Both the position numbers and the translations under genes were made by a program. DNA of 64,000 nt, taken from positions 58,776,001 to 58,840,000 of the forward strand of contig NW_026262679.1 of NCBI RefSeq assembly GCF_021869535.1. The letters are read 5' to 3'. The notes beneath the pieces were generated by a model. The model saw nothing but the letters and a program-made list of their open reading frames with translations, had not been told where the DNA came from and searched no databases. Positions 63,147 to 64,000 of this stretch are shown here, piece by piece (positions within the stretch are counted from its first letter, which is position 1; every line of letters starts with the position of its first letter). Source of the DNA: Mytilus californianus (taxonomy: Eukaryota).

Positions 63147-64000
63147 TTAAACAAACTATAGTGCACTGAAACCCTTGCCCATAACTAAACCGTGATGTTT
63201 GGTGTTTGCTTCTTTGCACACACGCAACCATATTACTCACCTTGTTTGTTTTCTATTCTTCTAATCTGCTGTTAATCGGCAATTGTCTGTTTGGTTACAT
63301 CAGAAATCAATGAAGCGGAGAATGCGCGGGGAAACGAAAGGACATCTTCGTATCAATACGGTAAATTCCGTGATTTGAATATTTTCTAATCAATATGTTC
63401 AAGCAATACAAAATATGAGGATAGCATTTTTAACCATAGAGCACACGTATTGTGTATTTACTATTTAAAATTATAGTTTATGAAGAAATATAGCAAAATA
63501 TGTTTCAATACGCACTGTAAAGTGAAGATTAGATGTATTATTGTTTTGTTTTTGAAAGAACATTAATAATCCATAAATACACACCTTTGTACCAAAATTG
63601 CAACAAAATTTCAAGATAACATAAATTTAATCATCACAGAATGATATTATTTGCTCAAATTGACAGGGTTTCGTGAACTAAATTCGGCTTAAATTATGAT
63701 AGCAATTGAACACTTCATTATAGTTTCTACCGATGACCTACTATCATGATTTTTATCCGACCCCACTTACGGACGCGTTGACATATAATGCATACAACTC
63801 AATAATAGCCAATCAGACTTTAAGATATCCTTCACTTCCCCCAGAAGCAGCCCGGAAGCAGCTGAGATGCAGCCATTTAATGTTATTTATAACCAATGAG
63901 ATACCGTTAACAGATTAACCACATTCCAGACGTCCAGCCTCTGACTAATCAGACCGTATCACCATGGTGATACGGTAATAAATACAACAGTGACTTTGAA

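Overview
AT-rich eukaryotic (metazoan) genomic DNA. The repeat families and transposon types suggest a bivalve such as Mytilus (inference). The window is mostly stacked transposable elements. (1) 1-7456 is the right part of a divergent Kolobok-like DNA transposon: a frameshifted DDE transposase on the minus strand and a spliced KolX/P2X7-ballast-like gene on the plus strand. It carries a young, intact Mag-type Ty3/Gypsy LTR element (2222-7049; 234-bp LTRs, ACAGT TSD, single 1309-aa gag-pol ORF). (2) Three 3' exons of a host tandem-SH3 gene (11088-11205, 25585-25688, 29153-29248) have TE-filled introns. (3) A complete, apparently intact DIRS1-type tyrosine-recombinase retrotransposon (38181-43590) has ITRs, an ICR, gag, RT-RNaseH-MT and YR. 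Its gag appears to be split by a GT-AG intron, and a U_UUU_UUA slippery site links gag to an RT frame that has no early ATG. (4) A pair of ~450-500-bp inverted repeats (34127 and 58341) flanked by a 6-bp direct repeat may bound a single 24-kb element that encloses the DIRS and many nested repeats. (5) There are also many MITEs, Helentron-like repeats with satellite arrays, Penelope-like fragments and minisatellites. I recognised no rRNA, tRNA or CRISPR features.
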